Assembly: GCA_045592465.1 (NCBI GenBank)
Contig: JAZNUW010000110.1
Coordinates: 1 to 56,722 of the forward strand
Length of the DNA stretch: 56,722 nucleotides
DNA from: Acutalibacteraceae bacterium
Lineage (GTDB): Bacteria; Bacillota; Clostridia; Oscillospirales; Acutalibacteraceae
Direction of reading: 5' to 3'
Within the stretch, counting starts at the first letter, position 1. Each line of letters opens with the position of its first letter. The translations under genes were made by a program, and so were the position numbers. Shown here piece after piece: positions 9,104-17,954 of the stretch. Below the pieces are notes generated by a model. It did not search any database, was not told where the DNA came from, and saw only the letters and a program-made list of their open reading frames with translations.

Positions 9104-9607
9104 TTATAAACCAAACAAACCAAATAACCCGTAAGAAAGCATGGAGATTATAATGCCTGCTACGAGCACTCCTGCAGCAATTGCAGGTAAAGAGTGCTTA
9201 ATTCTTATATCGAGCAGATCTGCAATCAAAGCACCTGTCCACGCGCCGGTTCCCGGCAAGGGAATTGCAACAAAGAGAAACAGTCCCCACAAACGGTATT
9301 TTCTCACATTATCTGCTTTACGAATGGATCTCGCCTCAAGTTTAGTAATTGCTTTTTCAACTGAAGGAATCTTTTTAAGCAGAGAAAAAATCTTTCTTAT
9401 AAACAAAAGAATAAAAGGAATCGGGAGCATATTGCCGATATAACATATCAGAAATGCCCTTGTGAAATCAATATCCATCAGCTTTGCTGCTATCAGACCT
9501 CCGCGAAGCTCAAGTATAGGCAGCATAGAAACAATAAAAGCAACAAGCTCTTCTGAAATTTTTCCTCCAAGCAGATTTACAATATATTCAGCTAACGTTT
9601 CAGTCAT
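9104..9607 (-). CDS. small multidrug-export-like membrane protein (COG2426-type)
   Basis: ORF 9104-9625; ATG 9607 follows AGGAG. Four to five TM helices, with motifs LPILELRGG and PLPGTGAWTGAL recalled from the Sm_multidrug_ex family. Confidence 0.7.
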   Translation of the reverse strand: MTETLAEYIVNLLGGKISEELVAFIVSMLPILELRGGLIAAKLMDIDFTRAFLICYIGNMLPIPFILLFIRKIFSLLKKIPSVEKAITKLEARSIRKADNVRKYRLWGLFLFVAIPLPGTGAWTGALIADLLDIRIKHSLPAIAAGVLVAGIIISMLSYGLFGLFGL

Positions 9608-9621
9608 ATTATTTCTCCTTA

Positions 9622-10356
9622 TCAAACGTTATTCTGAACAAGATAAGTCTTGGCTTCATTGAGAATAAATTTATCGTTTTCATAATTCAGAATTCTCAGG
9701 GCTGCATCAAACTCAAACCAACCGCATTCTTCAATTTCTTCTACCTGAAGACTATACTTTGTTTCGTCGGTGCTGGCAAGGAAAATCGAAACACTTTTTT
9801 CAATCTTGCCCTGAATGGTATAGTTAGACTTTTTAACGAAACCGGGAAGTATATTGATATGAAGACCAGTTTCTTCAAGAACCTCGCGTATTGCCGTTTC
9901 TTCATCTGATTCGCCGGGCTCAATATGCCCTTTAGGGAAGCCCCAGTGAGCGCTTCGTCTGTTCCTTATAAGAAGATATTTGATTTTATCATCATTCTCT
10001 TTTCTGAAAACAACAGCGCCGCATGAGCTTTCATAAAGGCAGTCGATATTATAACCGTTTTTACCTTCTGCAAAATCAATTGCAGTTCTTATGTCATTGA
10101 CAATAAATCTTGTGCTTTTAGGTGCAACAACCCAAACAACACCCTTACCGCCGTGGCGCTTGACAATAGCTATAACTCTGCCGTCAAAATTTCTTACAGG
10201 ATGATTAATTCCCATAATATATGCGTACTGAGCAGTATTTTTTCTCGTTTTTCCGCCCTCAATGATGCCGTAGTTAAGCTTATATTTGAAGCCGAAACGA
10301 GTGTTAAAAGAGTGCATCGGGGAGGTTACACGTACTTTGACGAATTTACCTAACAT
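9622..10356 (-). CDS. Nudix hydrolase with an uncharacterised N-terminal domain of about 115 aa
   Basis: ORF 9622-10443; ATG 10356 follows AAGGGG. Nudix box GFPKGHIEPGESDEETAIREVLEETG in the C-terminal half. The N-terminal half (MLGKFVKVRV...VVWVVAPKS) has no Nudix signature. Confidence 0.85.
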   Translation of the reverse strand: MLGKFVKVRVTSPMHSFNTRFGFKYKLNYGIIEGGKTRKNTAQYAYIMGINHPVRNFDGRVIAIVKRHGGKGVVWVVAPKSTRFIVNDIRTAIDFAEGKNGYNIDCLYESSCGAVVFRKENDDKIKYLLIRNRRSAHWGFPKGHIEPGESDEETAIREVLEETGLHINILPGFVKKSNYTIQGKIEKSVSIFLASTDETKYSLQVEEIEECGWFEFDAALRILNYENDKFILNEAKTYLVQNNV

Positions 10357-10542
10357 TGTTTGTCCCCTTTTACGAAATGCAGCATAAAAAAGCATATAAA
10401 GGTAACCCTTTATTAAGTCTGCTGCACAGAATATATGAAACAATTATACTTCTTTTATTTATAATTTTCAATAGATTTTATAATAAAAATAAGCGTATTG
10501 ACATTAATTTTGAAACTTTTTCAGATTTATATATAATTACGG

Positions 10543-10571
10543 TTGTCAAATAATATACAAAGTGCTATAAT
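10543..10571 (+). promoter_or_regulatory. sigma-A-type promoter candidate for the HAD-TetR gene pair
   Basis: TTGTCA (10543-10548), 17-nt spacer, TATAAT (10566-10571), 32 nt upstream of ATG 10604. Confidence 0.55.
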
Positions 10572-10603
10572 ATGTATACTATATTTTTTAAAACGGAGTA
10601 ACT

Positions 10604-11434
10604 ATGAAAACTTTATATATAACCGATCTTGACGGAACCTTTCTCAATAGCAATGCAGAGATTTCCGAAAGATCTTATAACATAATCAAGGAGCTGACTG
10701 AAAAAGGTGTGCTGTTCAGTGTTGCAACCGCACGTACTTATGCCACAGTTTTAGAGATGTTCAAAGGTATAGCGCTCCCCTGCCCCCTGGTTCTGATGAA
10801 CGGTGTTACCATATTTGATCCGATAAAAAATCAGATTCTCAAAAGCAACCCTATTGAGGAGGAAATCGGCAATAAAATTATAGCAGCATACAGAAAAAAC
10901 GGCATTGAGCCTATGCTTTATTTTCAGCAAAAAGAAACACTGGATATTTACTACGGCCCGATAACAAATGAGCATCAGCGCGCATATATCAATCAGCGCA
11001 CAGACTGCAAAACAAAGCGCTTCATTAAAAGTGAAACCCCTGTTGATATAAGGGGTAAAAATCTTGTTTATATTGTTTCTCTTGAACGGTACGAAAGGCT
11101 TAAGCCGATTTATGATGAAATAAACACAATTGACGGTGCAAGATGTATGTTTTACCGTGACACTTATACGGACTGCTGGTTTTTGGAAATAATAACCGAC
11201 AGGGTTTCTAAGGCAACAGGAGTCAAGCAGGTCAAAGATATGCTTGGCGCAGATCGAGTTGTTGCCTTTGGCGATAACCTTAATGATATTGAAATGTTTA
11301 GTTTTGCCGATGAATGCTATGCCGTGAGCAACGCACATGATGCGCTTAAAAAGATAGCAACCGGCATAATCGGCACAAATGATGAGAATGCCGTTGCAGA
11401 ATTCATACTCAGCAGACATAATAACTTTATTTAA
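10604..11434 (+). CDS. Cof-type HAD-IIB family phosphatase
   Basis: 276 aa. Motif I DLDGT at the N-terminus, cap domain in the middle, motif IV GDNLNDIEM near the C-terminus. Confidence 0.88.
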   Translation: MKTLYITDLDGTFLNSNAEISERSYNIIKELTEKGVLFSVATARTYATVLEMFKGIALPCPLVLMNGVTIFDPIKNQILKSNPIEEEIGNKIIAAYRKNGIEPMLYFQQKETLDIYYGPITNEHQRAYINQRTDCKTKRFIKSETPVDIRGKNLVYIVSLERYERLKPIYDEINTIDGARCMFYRDTYTDCWFLEIITDRVSKATGVKQVKDMLGADRVVAFGDNLNDIEMFSFADECYAVSNAHDALKKIATGIIGTNDENAVAEFILSRHNNFI

Positions 11435-11457
11435 TTTAAAGTGAGGGGATTTATATT

Positions 11458-12048
11458 ATGAAAAAGGTAGATTTAAGAGTACAAAAAACATATAAGCAGC
11501 TGCTCGAGACTTTTCTCGTACTTATGGGCGAAAAATCATTCGATGAGCTTTCGGTTTCAGAAATCTGTGACCGTGCCGAAGTTCACAGAGCAACCTTTTA
11601 TAAGCACTTCAAGGATAAATATGAGTTTCTGAATTTCTGTTTTGAAAGCTATCTTTCACAAATAAAGTTTTCAGCCGCTGAAAAGAATTTGCCGACAGCA
11701 GGCAACATCAAGGACTCATTTATGAGCATAATTGTTCAGGTTTTTGAATATATCAGCGAAAACCGTGCTGTTTTTTCAGTTATCTGCTCAGATGACTACG
11801 CTTTTTCATTCGGCACATATTTCACTTCTGCGGTCAATCAATACTGCTATGATAAAATTAAGCTGATAATACCTAATGCCAGTGATGAGAAAGCTCGAAT
11901 TTTTGCTGCATTTTATTCCAGCGCTTTTATCGGTGTTATCAAGTGGTACGCGTGTCACGGTGCAGATTATCCCGTTGAAGAGATTTATGAATTTCTCGAG
12001 GCAAGAGTTGATGAGCTTTGTGACACTTATGTCAAAAAGTACATATAA
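11458..12048 (+). CDS. TetR/AcrR family transcriptional regulator
   Basis: 196 aa. N-terminal HTH (FDELSVSEICDRAEVHRATFYKHFKDKYEF) typical of TetR; helical C-terminal ligand domain. Confidence 0.88.
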   Translation: MKKVDLRVQKTYKQLLETFLVLMGEKSFDELSVSEICDRAEVHRATFYKHFKDKYEFLNFCFESYLSQIKFSAAEKNLPTAGNIKDSFMSIIVQVFEYISENRAVFSVICSDDYAFSFGTYFTSAVNQYCYDKIKLIIPNASDEKARIFAAFYSSAFIGVIKWYACHGADYPVEEIYEFLEARVDELCDTYVKKYI

Positions 12049-12050
12049 AA

Positions 12051-12081
12051 AAGATGCTGCCCTATTATTGGGTAGCATCTT
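12051..12081. terminator. bidirectional terminator hairpin between the TetR gene and ttcA
   Basis: AAGATGCTGCCC (12051-12062), loop TATTATT, GGGTAGCATCTT (12070-12081): 12 bp with one G-U pair. Preceded by an A-run and followed by CTGTTTT. The right arm lies inside the last ttcA codons. Confidence 0.6.
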
Positions 12082-12913
12082 CTGTTTTATCGTAATCATC
12101 TAAAAAGCTATGTTGTTCTTCACCTTTGTGATATCCGATTAACGTTTCCAGATTGACATTGTGCACACTCTTAAAGATATTCATATCTATATAAGGGCTG
12201 ATTTCTCTGAAGCTGGAAATCAGTTCTTTCATTTCTTTGCGCTTGGAAAGAAGTTCTCTGTCACTCTGCTGTTCATTTTTTGCAGTAAAGCTGCAGGCAC
12301 ATTCCAGAAATTCAAGTCCGTTATATCTGACCCAGGCTTTGATGTCAGCTTCGCGTACCATATATAAAGGTCTTATCAGCTCCATTCCCGGGAAATTTGT
12401 GCTGTGAAGTTTAGGCATCATGGTCTTGATTTCTGCACCGTAAAGCATGCTCAGAAGAATTGTTTCGATAACATCATCGAAATGGTGGCCAAGTGCAATT
12501 TTATTGCATCCCAGCTTCTGTGCGTTTTTATAAAGATGACCTCTGCGCATTCTCGCGCACATATAACACGGTGAATTCTCGATATCAACAACATAATCAA
12601 AAATCCGTGCATCAAAGATTTCAATGGGTACATCAAGAAGCCTTACATTATCAATGATTCTCTGTCTGTTTTCGGGCGAATAACCCGGGTCAAGCACCAG
12701 GTACTTTGCCTCAAAAGGAAAATCGCTGTGCTTCTGAAGATGCTGAATACACTTTGCAAGCAGCATAGAATCCTTGCCACCTGAAATGCAAACTGCAATA
12801 CAGTCCCCCGGTTTTATCATTTCATATTCATTGATGCCTGCAATAAATCGTTTCCATATGTCTTTACGGTACTTTTTATAGATGCTGCGCTCAACTTCAA
12901 TATGCTTTTCCAT
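12065..12913 (-). CDS. ttcA: tRNA 2-thiocytidine biosynthesis TtcA-family PP-loop ATPase
   Basis: 282 aa with PP-loop CISGGKDS, Cys motifs CYMC and ECAC, and conserved GHHxDD (LGHHFDDVIET). Confidence 0.8.
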   Translation of the reverse strand: MEKHIEVERSIYKKYRKDIWKRFIAGINEYEMIKPGDCIAVCISGGKDSMLLAKCIQHLQKHSDFPFEAKYLVLDPGYSPENRQRIIDNVRLLDVPIEIFDARIFDYVVDIENSPCYMCARMRRGHLYKNAQKLGCNKIALGHHFDDVIETILLSMLYGAEIKTMMPKLHSTNFPGMELIRPLYMVREADIKAWVRYNGLEFLECACSFTAKNEQQSDRELLSKRKEMKELISSFREISPYIDMNIFKSVHNVNLETLIGYHKGEEQHSFLDDYDKTEDATQ

Positions 12914-12924
12914 ACATATCTCCT

Positions 12925-12955
12925 TGAAAAAATGCAGGCAAAGACCGCCTGCATT
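12925..12955 (-). terminator. rho-independent terminator after the rsgA/small-membrane-protein unit, only about 5 nt upstream of the ttcA RBS
   Basis: Minus strand AATGCAGGC-GGTCTTT-GCCTGCATT followed by TTTTTT (stem 12931-12939 / 12947-12955, T-run 12925-12930), then AAGGAG and ATG 12913. Confidence 0.7.
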
Positions 12956-13069
12956 AATTGTTTTCAGTTGTCTTATTCTTTGATTTTAAATATCATTTTT
13001 AAAATGCCTCTTAATGCTTTGGGACTTCTCACAACTACTACTTTCATAATGAAAACCTCCAGACTCAGC

Positions 13070-13219
13070 TTATCTCTGACATGAAGTCACGCCTAAGATT
13101 ACAAGCATTACAGCAAGGATAAACAGCATAATTTTCACAGGAAAACAGAGTGCAAGAAGAATGCCCGCACCAAAAGCTGTGAAGACAAGCCCTTTGGGGC
13201 AGCCTTTCTGGTGTGCCAT
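13070..13219 (-). CDS. small hydrophobic membrane protein (hypothetical)
   Basis: ORF 13070-13285. ATG 13219 lies 8 nt after GGAGG (13232-13228), whereas the ORF-track start has no RBS. The 49-aa product MAHQKGCPKGLVFTAFGAGILLALCFPVKIMLFILAVMLVILGVTSCQR has two hydrophobic segments. Confidence 0.5.
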   Translation of the reverse strand: MAHQKGCPKGLVFTAFGAGILLALCFPVKIMLFILAVMLVILGVTSCQR

Positions 13220-13303
13220 GCCATCATCCTCCGTAAAATTACTAAGCCGATTATCAAGCTCAATAACATTATACGGAAAATTCATTTTTTTGTGATTAAT
13301 AAG

Positions 13304-14185
13304 CTAAATATTCCACTTTTTGTAGTCTTTGGTTTCATTAAACATTGAAACGTAGCTATCATGACGGCTTTTGCTGATAATACCCTCCTGAACAAGCTGG
13401 CATATTCTGCAGCCCTTATCTCCGAGATGGTTGCATCCGGTGAAGCGGCACTCCCCTATTCTCTCGTTGATTTCCTTAAAATAGTATTGAAGCTCATCCG
13501 CAAATATTAGATTATCAGCAGTAAAATCAATGCTTGAGAAGCCTGCAGTGTCAATGACAAGGCCGTCTGCAACGTGAAAAATCTCAGCTTGTCTTGTTGT
13601 GTGTCTTCCTCGGCCTAATTTATCGCTTATTTCGCCCGTTTCCAGGTTTAATTCGCCGTTCAGGGCATTAATGAGGGTAGATTTACCCACGCCTGAATTG
13701 CCCGTAAAAGCGGAAATACAGCCCTTGAGCTCAGCTTTGATGCTTTCGAGGTTTTCAGGAGTCTCGGGTGAAAATGTATAGACTCTGTAGCCAGCGCTTT
13801 TATATATGTCGACAAGCTCACTGTCAAAGTATAAATCGGTTTTCGTTATAACAATAACCGGCTCAATATTATTCTTTTCAGCGAGCACTGACATTTTATC
13901 AATAATAAGTGTGTTAGGCTTCGGCTTTATTGAGGAAACCACGATTATTAATTTATCAATGTTAGCAACGGGAGGCCTTCTGAGAGAATTTTTGCGCTCA
14001 GAAATTTCATCAATTGTGTTATCCTTGTCGTTGACAACAGTAATTTTAACACGGTCACCGGCCAGAGGTGAAATCTTCTGAGAGCGAAACTTGCCTTTGG
14101 CTTTACATTCAAATACACCTTCGTCTGTTTCGACATAATAGAATCCGCCGATTCCTTTGAGGATAATTCCTTCTTTAATCATCAT
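13304..14185 (-). CDS. rsgA: ribosome small-subunit-dependent GTPase A
   Basis: 293 aa. Circularly permuted GTPase motifs TKTD, GNSGVGKST, DTAG. C-terminal zinc finger CRFTGCNHLGDKGC. Follows prkC as in Bacillus (cpgA). Confidence 0.93.
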   Translation of the reverse strand: MMIKEGIILKGIGGFYYVETDEGVFECKAKGKFRSQKISPLAGDRVKITVVNDKDNTIDEISERKNSLRRPPVANIDKLIIVVSSIKPKPNTLIIDKMSVLAEKNNIEPVIVITKTDLYFDSELVDIYKSAGYRVYTFSPETPENLESIKAELKGCISAFTGNSGVGKSTLINALNGELNLETGEISDKLGRGRHTTRQAEIFHVADGLVIDTAGFSSIDFTADNLIFADELQYYFKEINERIGECRFTGCNHLGDKGCRICQLVQEGIISKSRHDSYVSMFNETKDYKKWNI

Positions 14186-14190
14186 ATTAA

Positions 14191-16164
14191 TCAGTACTCT
14201 GCGTATTCTTCGAATTCAGGGTCGTCATATTCGTCAGATGAACCTACATCTTCAGTGGGGTCTTCAACTGAAGGAACCTCTGTCGGAGCTGTTGTTGAGG
14301 GCTCAGTTGTGGGAGCCTCTGTTGGAGCCGTTGTTGAAGGCTCTGTTGTTGTGGGTTCTGTTGTGGGACGCTTGGTAGTTGTTTCTTTGGGCTTTGTTGT
14401 TTTTTCGGTTGTCTCTTCGGTTGTTTCTTCTGTAGACTCTTCTTCAGTTGTTTCTTCCGGGAGCTTGCCTGTACTTACGAAAACGGCTATGCTTGTGCCG
14501 GGTCTTACCTGTTCTCCGATGTGCTGATGTCCGATAATTCTGCCTGCAGGCTCAGCACTGGGTCTGTATTCTGTGCCGGCTGTATCAAGAACAAGGCCTG
14601 CTTCCTGAAGTTTTTCTTTAGCCTGCGCAATAGTCAGACCAACAAGATTAGGCACATCAACAGGTTCAACCTCTTCATTTGTTGCAACATAAACAGTTAT
14701 AAGAGCGCCTGATTCAACCTTTTCATTTTTGCCCGGCGAAGTTCTGATTACAGTGCCGAGCTCTTTATCACTGAATTCCTTGACAACGGTTACAGTAAAG
14801 CCTTTGCTTCTGAGAATTTTGATTGCAGATGATGACTCATAACCGTAAACGTCGGGAACCTCAGTTTTGGAAACGGAGCCTGAAATATAAACTGTGATTG
14901 CACTGTTTTTGCTTATTTTGCCTGAATGAGGCTCCTGCTTAACAATTGTGCCTGCAGGTTCATCACTGTCCTCATCGATAATGGGATTAAATGAATAGTC
15001 GGCATAATCAGCGCTGTTCATAACCTGATTATAGAAATCAAGACCGATAAGATTAGGTACGTCAAGTTTGTTTGAAGACGGTGCAAAGAGCACAACAAGG
15101 GCAATAGCGAACACGATAAGTGCAGCAAGTACACTTGAAAGAACTGCTATGGTCTTAGTTTTGTTTTTATCGTCGAAATCAAATTCGTCGTAGTCGTTAT
15201 CATCAACAACATCAATTGCCTGAGGTTCGACATGAACCTTTTCATCAGTAATTTTAGGCAGTCGTCCAGACACAATCATAGTTGAATCGTCTTCGGCACC
15301 AAATTCATGGCTGTAATCATAGCCGAAAATAACGGAAGGGTTATTCTTATATGTTGCAATATCTGTTAGCATTTCGGCAGCGGACTGATATCTGTCAAAC
15401 TGATTTTTCTGCATAGCCTTAATGATAATTTCCTCAAGTCCGACAGGAATTGCAGGATTGATTTCGCGGGGTCTTATTGGGTTATTCTGAAGCTGCATAA
15501 GAGCAACGGATACAGCATTATCAGACTGGAAAGGAAGCTTACCTGTCAGCATTTCATAAAGAATAACACCTGCTGAATAAAGGTCAGTTCTTGCGTCAGT
15601 TATGCTGCCCTTTGCCTGCTCAGGGCTGATATAGTGAACAGAGCCGATAGCACCGTCGGTCATGGTACGAGTTGCATTTTCGCTGATTCTTGCTATGCCG
15701 AAGTCTGTAACCTTAATAGTACCGTCAGAAATAAGAAGAATATTCTGAGGCTTGATATCTCTGTGAACTATTCCTTTATCGTGTGCATGCTTCATTGCGC
15801 GAAGCAGCTGAGTGATGAAGTATATTGCCTCTCTCGGGTCAACTGCGCCCTGCTGGTTGATATACTCCTTAAGAGTGATGCCTTCAACATATTCCATAAC
15901 TATATACTGAATTGCATCGCCGAAGCTGACGTCATAAACCTTAACGATGTTTGGATGTGATAAAACAGCAATTGCTTTTGATTCGTTTCTGAATCTGCGC
16001 TTGAAATCGGCATTTGCAAGATATTCATTCTTCAAAATTTTAACTGCAACTATTCTGTGATCAATGTTGTCAAAGGCTTTATATACTACGGCCATACCTC
16101 CGACACCGATTACTTCCATTATTTCATATCGTCCGTCAAGGCGCTTACCAACATAATTTTCCAT
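14191..16164 (-). CDS. prkC: Ser/Thr protein kinase with extracellular PASTA repeats
   Basis: 657 aa. Hanks motifs GVGGMAVV, VAVK, HRDIKPQN, DFG, SPE. One TM helix (IAVLSSVLAALIVFAIALVVLF), three PASTA-like repeats, then a Thr/Pro/Glu-rich acidic tail. Confidence 0.93.
   Translation of the reverse strand: MENYVGKRLDGRYEIMEVIGVGGMAVVYKAFDNIDHRIVAVKILKNEYLANADFKRRFRNESKAIAVLSHPNIVKVYDVSFGDAIQYIVMEYVEGITLKEYINQQGAVDPREAIYFITQLLRAMKHAHDKGIVHRDIKPQNILLISDGTIKVTDFGIARISENATRTMTDGAIGSVHYISPEQAKGSITDARTDLYSAGVILYEMLTGKLPFQSDNAVSVALMQLQNNPIRPREINPAIPVGLEEIIIKAMQKNQFDRYQSAAEMLTDIATYKNNPSVIFGYDYSHEFGAEDDSTMIVSGRLPKITDEKVHVEPQAIDVVDDNDYDEFDFDDKNKTKTIAVLSSVLAALIVFAIALVVLFAPSSNKLDVPNLIGLDFYNQVMNSADYADYSFNPIIDEDSDEPAGTIVKQEPHSGKISKNSAITVYISGSVSKTEVPDVYGYESSSAIKILRSKGFTVTVVKEFSDKELGTVIRTSPGKNEKVESGALITVYVATNEEVEPVDVPNLVGLTIAQAKEKLQEAGLVLDTAGTEYRPSAEPAGRIIGHQHIGEQVRPGTSIAVFVSTGKLPEETTEEESTEETTEETTEKTTKPKETTTKRPTTEPTTTEPSTTAPTEAPTTEPSTTAPTEVPSVEDPTEDVGSSDEYDDPEFEEYAEY
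14277..14354. repeat. imperfect 2 x 39-nt tandem repeat inside the prkC 3' end
   Basis: CCTCTGTCGGAGCTGTTGTTGAGGGCTCAGTTGT... (14277-14315) repeats at 14316-14354 with a few mismatches. It encodes PTTEPSTTAPTEA / PTTEPSTTAPTEV. Confidence 0.8.
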
Positions 16165-16176
16165 ATAAATAACACC

Positions 16177-16905
16177 TTACCCTTTCATTACTACTACGGT
16201 TATATTGTCATATCCGCCGTTTTTGTTTGCTTCTTCTATGTATTTTTCACAAAGTGTTTCTAAGCTGTTTTCGTTATATATTTCGAGCATCCTGCTTTCA
16301 CTAACAAGATTGCTCAGACCGTCAGAACAAAGCACCAGTGCATCGCCTTCGTTAAGTGTTGTGAAGTCAAAATCAATTTCAACCTTTTCATCAACACCAA
16401 CAGCTCTGGTGATAATATTCTTTTTCGGATAATTTTCAAATTCTTCAGGAGTCAACTGCCCGATATCGAGCATTTCCTGAGCTAAGGAATGGTCTTTGGT
16501 CAACTGTTCAATCTGATCGCCCGAAATCTTATAAAGTCGGCTGTCGCCAACATGAGCAATGCAGGCAATGCCTTCCTTGATAATCGCTGCAACAATTGTT
16601 GTACCCATACCCTTTAATTCTTCATCTATAAAGCTTCTGTCATGCACAATGACATTAGCAGTTGTGATTGTAGATAAAAGCATATTTTCAAATGAGTAAG
16701 ATGGCATAAGCTTGTTATAGCATTTTTTGATTTTTTCACTGACCAGAGTCAGCACAAGATCACTGGCTATATGACCGCCTCTTACACCGCCCATGCCGTC
16801 ACAGACAATTGCCCAGGCAACACCGTCATCAAAGGTGCCGTAATCGTAGCCGTCTTCATTGACACTTCTGACGATACCTTTGTCTGTTGCACCGACAATA
16901 TTCAT
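16177..16905 (-). CDS. stp: PP2C-family Ser/Thr phosphatase
   Basis: 242 aa with PP2C motifs (RSVNEDG, CDGMGG, GDSR, CSDGL, DNITV). Partner of prkC. Confidence 0.92.
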   Translation of the reverse strand: MNIVGATDKGIVRSVNEDGYDYGTFDDGVAWAIVCDGMGGVRGGHIASDLVLTLVSEKIKKCYNKLMPSYSFENMLLSTITTANVIVHDRSFIDEELKGMGTTIVAAIIKEGIACIAHVGDSRLYKISGDQIEQLTKDHSLAQEMLDIGQLTPEEFENYPKKNIITRAVGVDEKVEIDFDFTTLNEGDALVLCSDGLSNLVSESRMLEIYNENSLETLCEKYIEEANKNGGYDNITVVVMKG

Positions 16906-16917
16906 ACAATCACTCCT

Positions 16918-17946
16918 TTACTTTGGTCCTTCACCTCTGCGAAGCTGTCCGCAGGAGGCATTGATATCACTGCCGAGAGTACGTCTGACAGTAACGTTTA
17001 TACCGTATTTTTCAAGTATTTTTATAAATTGTGCAATTCTGTTATCACTGCTTTTTTTATAGTCGCGCTCTTTAACAGAGTTAACGGGAATAAGATTAAC
17101 GTGGCAAAGCATACCTTTGAGCTTCATTCCAAGCTCTCTTGCACACGCGTCAGTATCATTCACGCCGTTTATCATAGCATATTCAAAGGAAATTCGCCTT
17201 GAGGTTGCCTTGGTATAATCACGGCACGCCTTAAGCAAGGTGTCAACATTCCACTTTGAATTGACAGGCATTGTCTGATTTCTTATTTCGTCATTAGGTG
17301 CGTGCAGGGAAATTGACAGAGTAAGCTGGAGCTTCTTTTCCATAAGCTTATATATTCCACTGACAACACCGCAGGTTGAAATAGAAATATTACGCATTGA
17401 AATGTTAAGACCGTTTTCATCGCTGACGAGAGAAAGAAAACGCATAACATTATCAAAATTATCAAGAGGCTCGCCAACACCCATCATTACAATGTGTGAA
17501 ATTCTTATGCCGAGATCCTTTTGTGCTGTGTAAATCTGAGAAAGTATTTCTGAGGCTGTGAGGTTTCTTACAAATCCGGCAATGCCTGATGCACAGAATC
17601 TGCAGCCCATTTTGCAGCCTACCTGACTTGAAACACAAATAGTGTATCCGTATTTATATTTCATTACAACACTTTCGATTAATTCACCGTCATGAAGGCG
17701 AAAAAGATATTTAACTGTTTCATCATACACTGAAACTAATTTTTTTTCAATAGTGCAACCGTAAATGTCATAATTTATTTCAAGTTTTGACCGAAAATCT
17801 TTAGAAATATTTGTCATTTCATTAAAGCTATCGGCGCCGTGTTTATGCAGCCATGAATAAATCTGTGTTGCTTTAAAGCTTTTTTCACCCATCTCAGTGA
17901 TTTCCTGCTTCAATTCACTGAGTGTCATTGATTTTATGTCTGTCAT
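16918..17946 (-). CDS. rlmN: 23S rRNA/tRNA adenine-C2 methyltransferase (radical SAM)
   Basis: 342 aa. Radical-SAM cluster CKMGCRFC, C-terminal catalytic Cys (ASCGQL), conserved position after rsmB. Confidence 0.93.
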   Translation of the reverse strand: MTDIKSMTLSELKQEITEMGEKSFKATQIYSWLHKHGADSFNEMTNISKDFRSKLEINYDIYGCTIEKKLVSVYDETVKYLFRLHDGELIESVVMKYKYGYTICVSSQVGCKMGCRFCASGIAGFVRNLTASEILSQIYTAQKDLGIRISHIVMMGVGEPLDNFDNVMRFLSLVSDENGLNISMRNISISTCGVVSGIYKLMEKKLQLTLSISLHAPNDEIRNQTMPVNSKWNVDTLLKACRDYTKATSRRISFEYAMINGVNDTDACARELGMKLKGMLCHVNLIPVNSVKERDYKKSSDNRIAQFIKILEKYGINVTVRRTLGSDINASCGQLRRGEGPK

Positions 17947-17954
17947 TTCTGATA

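Noticed and set aside
10751-11419. 222-aa ORF antisense to the HAD phosphatase gene.
   Set aside because: It lies entirely inside a well-supported gene on the opposite strand, has no RBS, and its Cys/Phe/Ile-rich composition is typical of a shadow frame.
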